Shown one piece after another: positions 50,079 to 60,910 of a stretch of DNA of 64,000 bases. Below the pieces are notes generated by a model. That model made no database searches, had not been told where the DNA came from, and was given only the letters and a program-made list of their open reading frames with translations. Every line of letters begins with the position of its first letter. Positions within the stretch are counted from its first letter, which is position 1. The translations under genes and the position numbers were made by a program. The stretch is from NCBI GenBank assembly GCA_048937405.1, contig JBHLNF010000001.1:560685-624684 (forward strand). The letters are read 5' to 3'. Source of the stretch: Promethearchaeota archaeon (GTDB taxonomy: Archaea > Asgardarchaeota > Lokiarchaeia > Sigyniarchaeales > SOKP01).

Positions 50079-51323
50079 ATGTCCCAACCTGAAAGAAATA
50101 ATTCAAAGAAAAAAGTTAATCAAAAAAAGAAGATGATCTTAGGAGTCTCTGTGCCTGTCTTCATTATGGGGCTTGTTTCTTTTTTTACTGATGTTTCTTC
50201 AGAAATGATCCAAGCAATTCTACCGCTATTTATTATCTCTATTGGTGGAACAGTCTTTATTTTGGGATTGATTTCTGGGGTTACAACCGCCCTTTCAAAT
50301 GTTATGAAGGGTTTTTCGGGGTGGTTAAGTGATAAAATAAATAAAAGAAAGCCATTTGTGGTGGCAGGATATTCTCTTTCTAATATTTCAAAACCTTTTA
50401 TTGGGTTCAGTCCCTCTTGGCAATATATTTTAGGACTTAAAGCTACTGATCGATTTGGTAAAGGTTTAAGAACCTCTTCCAGAGACACATTAATATCTTA
50501 TTATGCTATTGAGAAAGGAAAAGCTTTTGGAATACATCGAGCTATGGATACTTTTGGAGCAGTTGTAGGCTCCCTCTTAGCATCTCTATTTCTTATTTGG
50601 GCATGGTCATATTCACACATAATCTTTTTTTCTATAATCCCTGGAATTTTTGCTATTTTTTTTATTTTAATGGTGAAAGATGTCGATCCATTAAAATTAG
50701 ATGAAAAAAAGCTAAAATATTATGGAATATCAAAAATTGAGGAACTCGACAGAAATTTCATTAAATTAATTATCATTTTAGGAGTAATAGAGTTTGCCAG
50801 TTTAGATATATCATTTCTAATTATTAGATCCAATGATTATATTGGTTCATTGATTTTTTTAATACCATTACTTTATCTTCTAAGTAATATTACTTATATG
50901 TTTTTTTCTCCAATTACTGGAACACTCTCAGATAAAATCGGACGCAAGCCTGTGATTATTATTGGTTTATCTATATTGCTACTTTCTTGTTTTATCTTAA
51001 TATTCCCTATTGAAAGTTCATTATTTTCATTAATATTAATTATCGTGATTTATGGATTATACGGATTCTATATGGCATCTGTAGACCCAATTTCAAGAGC
51101 TTATATTGCTGATTTAGCAGGTAAAAATAAAAGAGGTAGAGCTTATGGATATTATTATTTATCTGTTGGGCTTATCTCAATGGCAGAATCTCTTATTTTT
51201 GGATGGATTTACGATTTCTTTTCATATAGTTGGGCATTTATTTATGTATCAATTCTATTATTTATTTGTATAGTAGTATTTTCTCTCACTGACTTCTCAA
51301 AAATTATTCAAAAAAAGAATTAA
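50079..51323 (+). CDS. MFS transporter
   Basis: GWLSDKINKRKP, DRFGKGLRT, SDKIGRKP; about 12 TM. Confidence 0.95.
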   Translation: MSQPERNNSKKKVNQKKKMILGVSVPVFIMGLVSFFTDVSSEMIQAILPLFIISIGGTVFILGLISGVTTALSNVMKGFSGWLSDKINKRKPFVVAGYSLSNISKPFIGFSPSWQYILGLKATDRFGKGLRTSSRDTLISYYAIEKGKAFGIHRAMDTFGAVVGSLLASLFLIWAWSYSHIIFFSIIPGIFAIFFILMVKDVDPLKLDEKKLKYYGISKIEELDRNFIKLIIILGVIEFASLDISFLIIRSNDYIGSLIFLIPLLYLLSNITYMFFSPITGTLSDKIGRKPVIIIGLSILLLSCFILIFPIESSLFSLILIIVIYGLYGFYMASVDPISRAYIADLAGKNKRGRAYGYYYLSVGLISMAESLIFGWIYDFFSYSWAFIYVSILLFICIVVFSLTDFSKIIQKKN

Positions 51324-51405
51324 TTCGATTTATTTTGAATATTCCTAAAAAATGTATAAACTATATAAATAACATAAAGAACTGATTTTACAAAGTGATA
51401 GAAGT

Positions 51406-52197
51406 ATGAAAAAAGAAATTTGTCTTTCTTCAAATGATGTTGTTCAGGCTGCAATAAAAGCATCAAATAAAACTCTAAAGGATTTTGAGATAGATCCTAA
51501 TGTAATGATTATTTTTTCCGGTGGATTATTAAATTACTTAAAAGAAAAAGCTACATTAGAAGAATCAGATTGGTTAATACCATTTCATCCCTATAGTAGT
51601 GAAAAAATATTCCGAGGGATGTATTATAATATTCCTATTACAATAATCATACCTCCAATGGGGGCCTCACCAATGGCAACAATTGCAGAGGATTTAATTT
51701 TTTGTGGAGCAAAGATTATTCTTCTTGTATGTGGCTCATGGGGAATAGGAAAAAATGTAAAATTGCTCGATTATTTAATACCTACACATGGTTTAGGACC
51801 AGATGGAACAACAATACACTATGGAAGAAAACTTGACGAAGAAGTTGAATTAGATAAAGAGATTGTAAATCTATTAATAAAAGAAACAAAAGATAGAGTA
51901 GATAACTATCATATTGGGAAGAATTTTTCTAAAGAAGCATTTTATCAAATTCACAAACAAGAAATATTCGAATTACAAAAGAAGGGTTGTATTTCAATGG
52001 AAAATGGAGAAGTTAATGTTTTAGCTACAATCTGTAAACAAAGAAATGTAAATTTTAGTGCCATTTTTTATAGTTACTATATTCCTCTTGAGGGTTGGAA
52101 TGTACCTTGGACGCAAAAAAGAGAAAATTATAAAGAATGTGTGAATTTAGAGGGAGAAATTGCATTAGCTACGATTTTAAGATTAAATAAAATGTAA
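51406..52197 (+). CDS. Nucleoside phosphorylase family protein (PNP/UDP)
   Basis: MGASP...AEDLIFCGAK, GSWG, DGTTIHY; the canonical EME motif appears altered (SMENGE). Confidence 0.75.
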   Translation: MKKEICLSSNDVVQAAIKASNKTLKDFEIDPNVMIIFSGGLLNYLKEKATLEESDWLIPFHPYSSEKIFRGMYYNIPITIIIPPMGASPMATIAEDLIFCGAKIILLVCGSWGIGKNVKLLDYLIPTHGLGPDGTTIHYGRKLDEEVELDKEIVNLLIKETKDRVDNYHIGKNFSKEAFYQIHKQEIFELQKKGCISMENGEVNVLATICKQRNVNFSAIFYSYYIPLEGWNVPWTQKRENYKECVNLEGEIALATILRLNKM

Positions 52198-52210
52198 AAC
52201 GGTATGAAGA

Positions 52211-53473
52211 TTATTTTTGTTTAATCCAAAACTGAGCTAAATAAATTAAAACCTCTGCAGATTTCTGTAATGCAATAGTAGGTATAAATTCTTTTCTAGA
52301 GTGAAATAATTCTCCACCTGTGAAGATATTTGGGGTAATTATGCCTCGAGCACTTAATTGGGCTCCATCAGTACCTCCTCTTATTGAATGAATTTTTACT
52401 TCTAATCCTGCTTTTTCAATTGATTTTTTCGCTAACTCTACAACGTTAATATTTTTCTCTATATACCTAAGCATATTAAGATATTGATGTGTAAAATCTA
52501 TATCGATACTTAATCCTGGATACCGAAGTTCATAAGTTTGTTTTAAACTTTTTAAGTAATTAATTCTCCTTTGATTATTTTCAGTCTCAAAATCTCTGAT
52601 TAGCATTCTTGCTTTAGCTTCTTCAGCTTTCCCTTCCAATTTTGCTAAATGATAATATCCTTCTCTTTCTTCCGTATGCTCTGGTGATTCTGCTTCAGGA
52701 AGTTCACTAAAAAACCTACTCGCAATTTGAATTGCATTAATCATTTTATTTTTAGCATATCCCGGATGAACATTTAAGCCTTTAAATTTGAATAGAGCTA
52801 ACCACGCATCAAAACATTCATATTCCAATTCACCAATTTCTCCACCATCTAAAGTATAACATATTTCCGGTAATTTCTCTGTATCTACTTTCTGAATTCC
52901 TAATCCAATTTCTTCATCAGGTGAAAAACAAATATGTATTGGTCCATGCTTTAATTCGTCAAATTTATTCCATGCCGCACATGATGCCATAATTTCTGCA
53001 ATACCCGCCTTGTCATCAGCACCTAATAATGTATCTCCTTGAGAAGTTATAATATCAAAGCCTTTATATTTCTCTAAATTAGGAGAATCATGAAGAGTTA
53101 AAGATAATTCACTGTCTTTTTCATATAATATCGGATCTCCATTGTAATTTTTATGGATTACAGGCTTTACGTCCTTTCCATTTACTGATTCAGATGTGTC
53201 TAAATGTGCTAAAAATCCAATAGGTTGGGTTTTTTCAAAACCTTTACTTGGAGGTAAAAATGCATAAACAAAACCAAATTCATCATGAACAATCTGTTCA
53301 AGATTCAATTCCTTTAATTCCTTAACCAATACTCTTCCTAAATCTAATTGGATTTTTGTAGACGGTGTGTTTTTTATATTCTGATCTGAAGTAGTCCATA
53401 TTTTTACATATTTCAAAAAGCGTTCTAAGGCATTATTAAGAAGAAATTCTTGTGTCTCCTTTGTAAGCTCCAT
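52211..53473 (-). CDS. pepT: Peptidase T (M20B tripeptidase)
   Basis: AHLDTS, LGADDKAG, PDEEIG, HPGYAK, IRGGTDG. Confidence 0.96.
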   Translation of the reverse strand: MELTKETQEFLLNNALERFLKYVKIWTTSDQNIKNTPSTKIQLDLGRVLVKELKELNLEQIVHDEFGFVYAFLPPSKGFEKTQPIGFLAHLDTSESVNGKDVKPVIHKNYNGDPILYEKDSELSLTLHDSPNLEKYKGFDIITSQGDTLLGADDKAGIAEIMASCAAWNKFDELKHGPIHICFSPDEEIGLGIQKVDTEKLPEICYTLDGGEIGELEYECFDAWLALFKFKGLNVHPGYAKNKMINAIQIASRFFSELPEAESPEHTEEREGYYHLAKLEGKAEEAKARMLIRDFETENNQRRINYLKSLKQTYELRYPGLSIDIDFTHQYLNMLRYIEKNINVVELAKKSIEKAGLEVKIHSIRGGTDGAQLSARGIITPNIFTGGELFHSRKEFIPTIALQKSAEVLIYLAQFWIKQK

Positions 53474-53649
53474 ATCAAATGAAATTAATCTTATATTTTA
53501 AATTTGAATAATAATAAATATAATTCAATATTTTGAGCTTTTTATCAGAAATAAACAAAAAAAAAAAAATAAGCCTTTTAAAAATTAAAAAAATATGGAA
53601 GCAATTTTTTTCTTTATATATTAATCTAAAAAGTTAAGATATGAATTAG

Positions 53650-54603
53650 TTACCAAAATCCAAATTTTTCATCCAGTTTTGTTCCAAATACGAGAAGGTA
53701 TGGCACCACAAGATCTAATAATCCAGTATAAAGATTTATTATTGGTGTAAAAATTAGTATAGCAGATATACCGGTTATATTTGCTAGCCCTATAACTTCA
53801 AGATTAATATATTCAAAAAAATCCGCCCATATCGTTGCTACGAATATGAAATTTAAAACAAGCATCGCTCCTATTCTTAAAACAATACTAGCTGCTCCAC
53901 TTAAACCATAGAATTTTCGATCTTTTAATTTTCGACTAGTAGGAGTTCCATTCATTCTCCATCTTAATATTAAATATGGAATAATTATATGTGGTATCGT
54001 TGCAAAGAATTTAAATGCAGGTCCAACTCCAGTTGGATCAATAATGAGCAAGCCAAAAGAACCTGTTACAGAGCAAATTAATCCTGATCTGATACCAAAT
54101 ATCAAAAAACAAATAATCCAAAACCATGATGTTGGATCAAATAGAGCAATACCCCAACCCTGTACTCTAGATGCATTTATTATTGGAGAAAGTATAATAG
54201 CAACAGCAGTAGAAAGTCCTCCGAAAATAGCACCTCCAGCTAGTTCGATTTTGAACTGTGTGCTTTTCGATCTAACCGTTTCTATTTCTCCAGGTTGAAT
54301 CTTTTCTTTATCTCCTGTTTGTTTTACCACTTCATCAATTTTTTCAATCTTAGTCTTTTCTCTCAATTCCCATTTTTTAAATTGCTCTTCTAAATTTTGA
54401 ATAAAGTCTCCTACATCTTCTTTATTAACTATTATTTCATCTCCATCAATGGTTAAATTGAATTTTTCTGCCCATTCTACAATCTTTTTATTGAATGTTT
54501 TTTCATCAATTTCTAGAAAATCACGTAACATATCAGATCTAATTTTATTTGATACATTGATGATTTTTCTCAACTTTTCTATTGAACTCATTTTTATAAG
54601 CAC
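53650..54603 (-). CDS. Soluble N-terminal domain fused to ECF S-component-like membrane domain
   Basis: About 100 charged residues then six TM segments with FDP...FLIFG motif; ATG at 54591 also plausible. Confidence 0.7.
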   Translation of the reverse strand: MLIKMSSIEKLRKIINVSNKIRSDMLRDFLEIDEKTFNKKIVEWAEKFNLTIDGDEIIVNKEDVGDFIQNLEEQFKKWELREKTKIEKIDEVVKQTGDKEKIQPGEIETVRSKSTQFKIELAGGAIFGGLSTAVAIILSPIINASRVQGWGIALFDPTSWFWIICFLIFGIRSGLICSVTGSFGLLIIDPTGVGPAFKFFATIPHIIIPYLILRWRMNGTPTSRKLKDRKFYGLSGAASIVLRIGAMLVLNFIFVATIWADFFEYINLEVIGLANITGISAILIFTPIINLYTGLLDLVVPYLLVFGTKLDEKFGFW

Positions 54604-54615
54604 TAAAAATATAAT

Positions 54616-54783
54616 TTAAGCTATATTCAAACTCTGAATTCTGGAATTAGTGATTATTCCAACAAGTAACCATGAAAGAACAGTAGAAAGAGCTCCAAAA
54701 ATAGCTCTTTCTGCTAGTTCTATCATAAATTGATATTCATTGGATCTAATCGCCTCTATTTCTCCCGTTAGAATTTCAGACAT
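54616..54783 (-). pseudogene. Truncated paralog of the membrane domain of 53650-54603
   Basis: MSEILTGEIEAIRSNEYQFMIELAERAIFGALSTVLSWLLVGIITNSRIQSLNIA* aligns with EKIQPGEIETVRSKSTQFKIELAGGAIFGGLSTAVAIILSPIINASRVQGWGIA. Confidence 0.75.
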
Positions 54784-55105
54784 AATATTAGCTTATTTTT
54801 ACGTGTTAATTTTAATAAGTAGAAAAAATATTTTTGATATTTAAATTTTAGGTAAAATAAAACTGCTGTTAAAGTCCACTATTATAGTATTTATATTGAT
54901 ACAATGATTAATTCTTTAAAATTGGTTAATCATGTAAGAGTTCATCACTAATAATATTGCTATTAATGAATTATTTCTTCTAAACTATTATAAAATAAAT
55001 ACTTTTATCTACTCATTTTTGGAGATATAGTCAAAACTAATTAGTTATTTGAATTATTTGATATTTAATCTATTTATAAAATTCTTTTCTAATAGAATTA
55101 TATGA

Positions 55106-56020
55106 TTGAAAGGTTTAGAATCAATGGTTAGTAAAGAAATGGAAAAATTAATTATTCAAATGAAACAAAATAAAGGAGATAACTATAAACCTAGTGTTAA
55201 AGGATATCGAGAGTCATTTGATCAACTTGCTCAATTAATTAAAATACCTAAAGATGTAATGTGTGAGCCAGTTGATGTTGAAGGAATTTCTGCTGAATGG
55301 ATTTCTATCTCTAAAAAGCAAAATAATTTTGTTGTTTTATATTTTCATGGGGGTGGTTATGTTGCAGGATCCATTAATTCTCATCGTGGATTATGCGCTC
55401 GATTAGCTCAAGCATCAAATACACGAGTAATGATAATTGATTATAGACTTGCTCCGGAATACCCCTTTCCTGCAGCATTAGAAGATTGTTTGAAAGTCTA
55501 TCAATGGCTTACTTCTTTCGAAGGAATTAAATCAAAATATATAATTTTAGCAGGAGATTCAGCTGGAGGCGGTTTAACAATATCTACTTTAATAAGATTA
55601 AGAAATGAAAAATTAAATTTACCTAAAGCTGGAATATGTTTGTCTCCTCTCACAGATTTAGCAATTTCTGGGGATTCAGTAAATACAAAAGCAGAAATTG
55701 ACCCTCGGGTAACTAAAGAAGACCTACTGTTTATTGCAAAACAATATCTAAGAAATGAAGATCCTAAAAATCATTATGCATCTCCACTATATGCAGATCT
55801 TCAAGGTTTACCACCTTTACTTATCCAGGTTGGAACATCAGAAATTTTATTCGATGATTCAATTCGTTTTGCGGATCGTGCTAAATCTGCAGGTATTGAG
55901 GTTTCACTTGAAATATGGGATGATATGTTTCATAACTTCCAACTTTATGCTTATTCTGTACCAGAAGGTCAAGAAGCAATTAATAAAATTGGAATGTTCA
56001 TACAAAGAATTTTAAAATAA
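55106..56020 (+). CDS. Alpha/beta hydrolase, HSL-family esterase
   Basis: HGGGY, DYRLAPE, GDSAGG, MFHNFQ. Confidence 0.95.
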   Translation: MKGLESMVSKEMEKLIIQMKQNKGDNYKPSVKGYRESFDQLAQLIKIPKDVMCEPVDVEGISAEWISISKKQNNFVVLYFHGGGYVAGSINSHRGLCARLAQASNTRVMIIDYRLAPEYPFPAALEDCLKVYQWLTSFEGIKSKYIILAGDSAGGGLTISTLIRLRNEKLNLPKAGICLSPLTDLAISGDSVNTKAEIDPRVTKEDLLFIAKQYLRNEDPKNHYASPLYADLQGLPPLLIQVGTSEILFDDSIRFADRAKSAGIEVSLEIWDDMFHNFQLYAYSVPEGQEAINKIGMFIQRILK

Positions 56021-56024
56021 TCTG

Positions 56025-57380
56025 TTATTTTAATAACTTTTTTTCTTTCGCATCTAGAGCGAGCCAATCACTAACGATTTTAAGTTGTTTTCTTGAAGCT
56101 CCACATATTAATTTAATAAAAGGAAGAAAGTCTTGAATAAAATCTAATTGAGAAATCTCATATTTCTTTTTGAGCTTTTCTAATAACTCATTTTCAGTAT
56201 TCGTTAGTGTATTATAGGTTCCCGATGTATATCTGGGAAATACTACTCGCCTAAAACCTTTTGTAATTGGTGTCTCTTTTCTTGAGAGAGCTACACCTCC
56301 TGCAAAAAGGTCAAAAAAATAGGGTAGTAAACCCCAATATTGATTCTTCCGTATTCTTCCAAAAATTTCATCAGCTAAAGAAAGATTTTCAAATGCATTA
56401 GCAAGCTCTCTATTTGATTTGATAAATGTTAAAAGATTTTCATTAATCCACTTATATAAAAAATTATAATCAACATCAGATTTATTAGTTAGATTTCGAG
56501 CTTCCCTTACTGAAGAAACCTGAAATAACTCTCTAATTAATGAAAATATTTCTTCTAAATTATCACGATGAAGACTAAGGATTAATTCCTTTGTATCTCC
56601 TTCAATGTTTCCTTGGGTAATTCCCTGAATATCATTGATTACTCCTCTTAAATCACCATTATTCTTATCAATAACTAATTCTAAATCCTCTTCTTTAAGA
56701 TTTGTGATCTTTTCAGCCTTTAAAATGTTTTTTGCAATCTTTTTCACTTGATCTTTTGGTAGAGGATGAACCTCATATCTTCGAATTTTATTATATAATG
56801 GTTGCAAATTAGTTTTGTATTCGTTAGAACACATGATAATAGGGAATTGTGTATTTTCTATTAATTCAATTATAGTAGGGATTGCACCTCTATCTTGAAC
56901 TCCATAAATTCCATCAATCTCATCGATTAAGATTAATTTTTCTTTCGATTGAATTATAAAATCCATAATTCCACGTGTTTTTGTTGTTTCTTTTAATCGT
57001 TTTTCAATCTTAACTCTTGTTCGAGTATCAGAGGCGTTAGTTTCTATTACTTCCATATTGAAATCATTGGCTAGGGCATAAGTGATTGATGTTTTTCCAA
57101 TCCCAGGAGGTCCTTCTAATAAAATTGCTGCTTTTTCAGGAGGAATCTTAAACTCCTCTTTTTGTTTTTTGTCAATTACATTTCTATTATATTCTCGAAT
57201 CTGTTTGTTTTCACTATTCACTCTTTTCCTTTCCTCAAAAAAATTCTTAATAAAATTAGTTAATTCTTCAGATAAATTTACCCTATGACCACTCATCCTA
57301 GCAGAGGGTAAAGCCATATCATTAATGCTTTTTGGACGATATTTCTCAACCCATGGAATATCCAATTTTACTTTTGACAA
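56025..57380 (-). CDS. rfcL: Replication factor C large subunit
   Basis: PWVEKYRP, GPPGIGKT, ETNASDTR, IDEIDG, GDLRG, WINEN, LSLAD. Confidence 0.93.
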   Translation of the reverse strand: MSKVKLDIPWVEKYRPKSINDMALPSARMSGHRVNLSEELTNFIKNFFEERKRVNSENKQIREYNRNVIDKKQKEEFKIPPEKAAILLEGPPGIGKTSITYALANDFNMEVIETNASDTRTRVKIEKRLKETTKTRGIMDFIIQSKEKLILIDEIDGIYGVQDRGAIPTIIELIENTQFPIIMCSNEYKTNLQPLYNKIRRYEVHPLPKDQVKKIAKNILKAEKITNLKEEDLELVIDKNNGDLRGVINDIQGITQGNIEGDTKELILSLHRDNLEEIFSLIRELFQVSSVREARNLTNKSDVDYNFLYKWINENLLTFIKSNRELANAFENLSLADEIFGRIRKNQYWGLLPYFFDLFAGGVALSRKETPITKGFRRVVFPRYTSGTYNTLTNTENELLEKLKKKYEISQLDFIQDFLPFIKLICGASRKQLKIVSDWLALDAKEKKLLK

Positions 57381-57392
57381 TTTAAATTCTCC

Positions 57393-58439
57393 TTACATAT
57401 ATTCTGAAAATAAACAAATTTTAGATAGAAGAGTAGATACTTGAATGTCATTATCCATGCCCAATAAAGAACGAACATCAGCATCAGCAACATAATTTAT
57501 TAATTTACACCGAACAAATTTGCTTAAAGGTAGTTTATTTAGTTCATCAATCAGAAGTTTGAAAAATTCATGAATATCATATTTATAATTAGATAGGATT
57601 TTCCTTGATAATTCTCTAACTTTTGGAAAATCACCTTTAAAAGCAAGCATTAAAAGACTTCTTAAAAGATTATTATGGAATTTTTGAGAAAATTCATATA
57701 ATTTTTCCATATCAATTTTTTTTCCTGAGATGCTACTTAATTGCAAAAGATCTATAGCTCGAGATATTTTTCCTTCAGAAATCCTGTATAAAACTTCAAT
57801 TACATTATCATCAATCTCCAAGGATTCTTGTAAAGCAATATTTTTTATTAAATCTTTAAAATCATTTAACTTTACAGGTGATATTAAAACAATTTGACAT
57901 CTGCTAACAATTGGATCAATAATACTTGAAATTTTTGTGGTAATTAATATCATTCGACAATTTCTACCATATATTTCCATTAACCTCCTAAATCCTTGCT
58001 GGTTTTGACCCAATGCTTCAAAATTTTTAACTGTTAAAATTTTAAAAGGAGAACCTCCTAATACTTTTAATTGAACAAAAGGTTTTACTCGTGTTTGAAT
58101 AAAGGCAGGAGTTGTTATGGTTCGTCCAGCAATACTTCCAATTTTACTTGTAGAAACATAGGCATCAGATCGTGCTTGATTTCTCTCTTCTTGACTTAAA
58201 GGTACATTAGCATAGACTAATTTAAAATTTGCGTCATAATTTTTTTTAAGAAACTCTTTTGAAAATAATTGGGCTATTAATGTCTTACCAATACCTTTAG
58301 CTCCTACAAATATCATATGTGGAAAATTTTGTTGTTGAATTATTTTTTCTAAGATTTCTTTAACAGATTTTCTTCCATAAATTTGCTTTAAATTTTTTGG
58401 ATGATATTTTACCCTCCAAATAGGTATTTCTTCTTCCAT
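57393..58439 (-). CDS. Replication factor C small subunit 2 (degenerate Walker B)
   Basis: PIWRVKYHP, GAKGIGKT, KNFE where DEAD is expected, IIDPIVSRC. Confidence 0.85.
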   Translation of the reverse strand: MEEEIPIWRVKYHPKNLKQIYGRKSVKEILEKIIQQQNFPHMIFVGAKGIGKTLIAQLFSKEFLKKNYDANFKLVYANVPLSQEERNQARSDAYVSTSKIGSIAGRTITTPAFIQTRVKPFVQLKVLGGSPFKILTVKNFEALGQNQQGFRRLMEIYGRNCRMILITTKISSIIDPIVSRCQIVLISPVKLNDFKDLIKNIALQESLEIDDNVIEVLYRISEGKISRAIDLLQLSSISGKKIDMEKLYEFSQKFHNNLLRSLLMLAFKGDFPKVRELSRKILSNYKYDIHEFFKLLIDELNKLPLSKFVRCKLINYVADADVRSLLGMDNDIQVSTLLSKICLFSEYM

Positions 58440-58478
58440 CCTAAATTTCCCCTTTTTAGAAGTTGTTTATACTCTTAG

Positions 58479-59450
58479 TTAAGATTCAATACTCTCGATT
58501 AATAGAGCTAAAAGTGCTAAAATTTGAACTAATTCATCTGCTCCTTGACTTATTCGATAATCAATTTTTCCAATATAAGCTTTCAGTTCACTCACTTTTT
58601 CTGTATTAATATTTAATGATGGTAAAATCTCTGATATTTGTCTAATAAAATTCCGGCTATCAATGGTTTCAATTGATTGAATAATTTTTCTCGTTTTTAT
58701 AAGATCTTTACTTTTTATTGCTTTGGTTAGGTCTTTTAGAGTTTGTTTATCTAAGAATCCTGAAATTTTAAGTATTTCATCAATATTCAAATTTTCCAAG
58801 AGGTCAAGAGCAACAGCCATTTGAAGAGTATTTATTGCTTTCCGAAGATCTCCTCCTGAGATAAAATACAATTGTTCAAAAAATTCTTTGCTTTTATCAG
58901 AAGGTATTTTCAAATTTTCTTCTATACTAATAGACTTTAATCTTTCTATAATTTTCTCCTTAGGTAAACTTACAAACCTAAAAACAGCACATCTTGATAT
59001 AATCGGATCTATTATCCTATTTATATAATTACATAAAAGAATGAATTTAATGTTATTTGATGTTTTTTCAATAATTCTTCTAAGTGCTTGCTGGACTTGT
59101 CCAGGAATATTATCTGCTTCATCTAAAATCACAAATTTTAAAGATCCATTTCTTATTAAATTTTGATTAACAAAATTCTTCATAACATTTCTTACAAAAT
59201 CTATTCTTACTGTATCAGAGGCGTTTAATTCCAAAATGTTTGTTTCTAACTCCTCTTTTTTAAGAAAGAATCTTGCTATTATTAAGGCAGTACTAGTTTT
59301 TCCTGTTCCTGCGGGACCAGTAAAAATTAAATGAGGAATATTTGTGCTATTTACAAATTTCTTGAGATTATTGACAGCAATACTTTGACTTACGATATCA
59401 GAAAATGTTTTAGGGCGATACTTCTCAACCCATGGAATTTCTAAATTCAT
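58479..59450 (-). CDS. rfcS: Replication factor C small subunit
   Basis: PWVEKYRP, GPAGTGKT, ELNASD, LDEAD, SRC, GDLRKAIN. Confidence 0.96.
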   Translation of the reverse strand: MNLEIPWVEKYRPKTFSDIVSQSIAVNNLKKFVNSTNIPHLIFTGPAGTGKTSTALIIARFFLKKEELETNILELNASDTVRIDFVRNVMKNFVNQNLIRNGSLKFVILDEADNIPGQVQQALRRIIEKTSNNIKFILLCNYINRIIDPIISRCAVFRFVSLPKEKIIERLKSISIEENLKIPSDKSKEFFEQLYFISGGDLRKAINTLQMAVALDLLENLNIDEILKISGFLDKQTLKDLTKAIKSKDLIKTRKIIQSIETIDSRNFIRQISEILPSLNINTEKVSELKAYIGKIDYRISQGADELVQILALLALLIESIES

Positions 59451-59459
59451 CTTTTTATA

Positions 59460-59942
59460 CTATTTTTCATTAGCATTGTTTTCTTTAGTTAAATCTAACT
59501 CTAAAACTTCATATATTTTTTTGAAGTTCATTTTCTCATATAATTTGGAAGCTTCTACCGCTTTTTTCTTAATATTTACCCTAACTTTTTCAACATTTAT
59601 TTTTTTTAGGTGTTCCAATGCTTTTTCCAATAGAAGACTTCCAAATCCTTTTTTACGATATAATTCTTTCAGAAAGAGTTGTTTAATCGAACCTTCAGAA
59701 GATCCAAATGGGTCAATTCTTAATTCTGCAATAATCATTCCAATAATATCACCAGAATCTTCATCTACTGCTATCAATATTCCATGACGTTGAAGAGGAT
59801 CATAAAGACGCCTTCGAATTCCCCAATCAAAGCGTTTCGGATCAAATTTTTGTCCTAATCCTTCAACCAATTGTTTTGTTAAATCTCTTAAATCATCTAT
59901 GTGTTCAGGATTCGCAACTTGTACTATTATATTTGAACTCAT
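59460..59942 (-). CDS. GNAT family N-acetyltransferase
   Basis: YRKKGFGSLLL, LYEKMNF. Confidence 0.9.
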   Translation of the reverse strand: MSSNIIVQVANPEHIDDLRDLTKQLVEGLGQKFDPKRFDWGIRRRLYDPLQRHGILIAVDEDSGDIIGMIIAELRIDPFGSSEGSIKQLFLKELYRKKGFGSLLLEKALEHLKKINVEKVRVNIKKKAVEASKLYEKMNFKKIYEVLELDLTKENNANEK

Positions 59943-60124
59943 GTTATACCATCGTGAATGTCACATACTTTATTATTAACATAATTATTAATATTTTAAA
60001 ATTTAAATCTTCTTGACTTGAAATTGATAAAATAATATTTAAGATATTAATGAATACATCTTTTAATTAAAACAATAGCATTTTAAAAAAATTAGAATAA
60101 AATAAACATTATGAAATAAAGATA

Positions 60125-60412
60125 TTAAAAGTGGCGAGCAGATGTACCATCCCAAGCTGTTACATCTTTGTTTACCCATCCACATTTAGGACATTTCTCT
60201 GGAAGCTCCCAACTCTCTAATGCAGGGTGAATTCGACAATATAAACCTCCACAACTTTCACAAACCAGATACTTCGCGCCACATCCAGCACACATTTTTA
60301 ATTGCCCCTGTTCTACAAATGGAAATGCTCTTCGCATCCATTCATCATGAGCAAGAGAAAATTGATCCTTTCCACATACTATACAATGTACCCCATCCTC
60401 TTCGAGACTCAT
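60125..60412 (-). CDS. Small zinc-binding protein (four CxxC)
   Basis: CIVC, CAGC, CESC, CPKC. Confidence 0.8.
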   Translation of the reverse strand: MSLEEDGVHCIVCGKDQFSLAHDEWMRRAFPFVEQGQLKMCAGCGAKYLVCESCGGLYCRIHPALESWELPEKCPKCGWVNKDVTAWDGTSARHF

Positions 60413-60592
60413 ATTATTTTCACATTATACTCTTCATTTATTTTAACAAATGTATTTTGAAAAAGTATTTTAAACTTTTTCTATGTCGTAATATTAAATT
60501 AATAATAAAATTATAAATTAAAGATTTTCTTAAAAAGTAAAAATAAATTATAAAATAAAACTAATGATGAAATTTTAAAGATTATTTTATTA

Positions 60593-60910
60593 TTACATTT
60601 TTAATTTCTTAGTTTTTGTTTTAATTTCAGGATTTATTTTCTCTAATTCTCCAATTAATTGAAATGTTTTATCATCATTTAATGATTCACTGAATTTTAA
60701 AAGCATTTCTTTCGAACCGACAAATAAACCTCTCTTTTTTAAAGGTTTTCCATCATCTTTTAAAGGATTAATTTCTAAGAACAGTAACGCGGGTTTAGTT
60801 TTGGTTGCAGGAACCTTGACTACAAAAACTCCTGGAACAGGAGTTTCCAATTTTTCCCAATCAGTTCCGTTCTTTAAATGATCTTTTAATTGACTTTCAA
60901 TGTTTGACAT
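60593..60910 (-). CDS. Hypothetical protein
   Basis: DWEKLETPVPGVFVVKVP...LEINP...KKRGL; 105 aa. Confidence 0.75.
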   Translation of the reverse strand: MSNIESQLKDHLKNGTDWEKLETPVPGVFVVKVPATKTKPALLFLEINPLKDDGKPLKKRGLFVGSKEMLLKFSESLNDDKTFQLIGELEKINPEIKTKTKKLKM

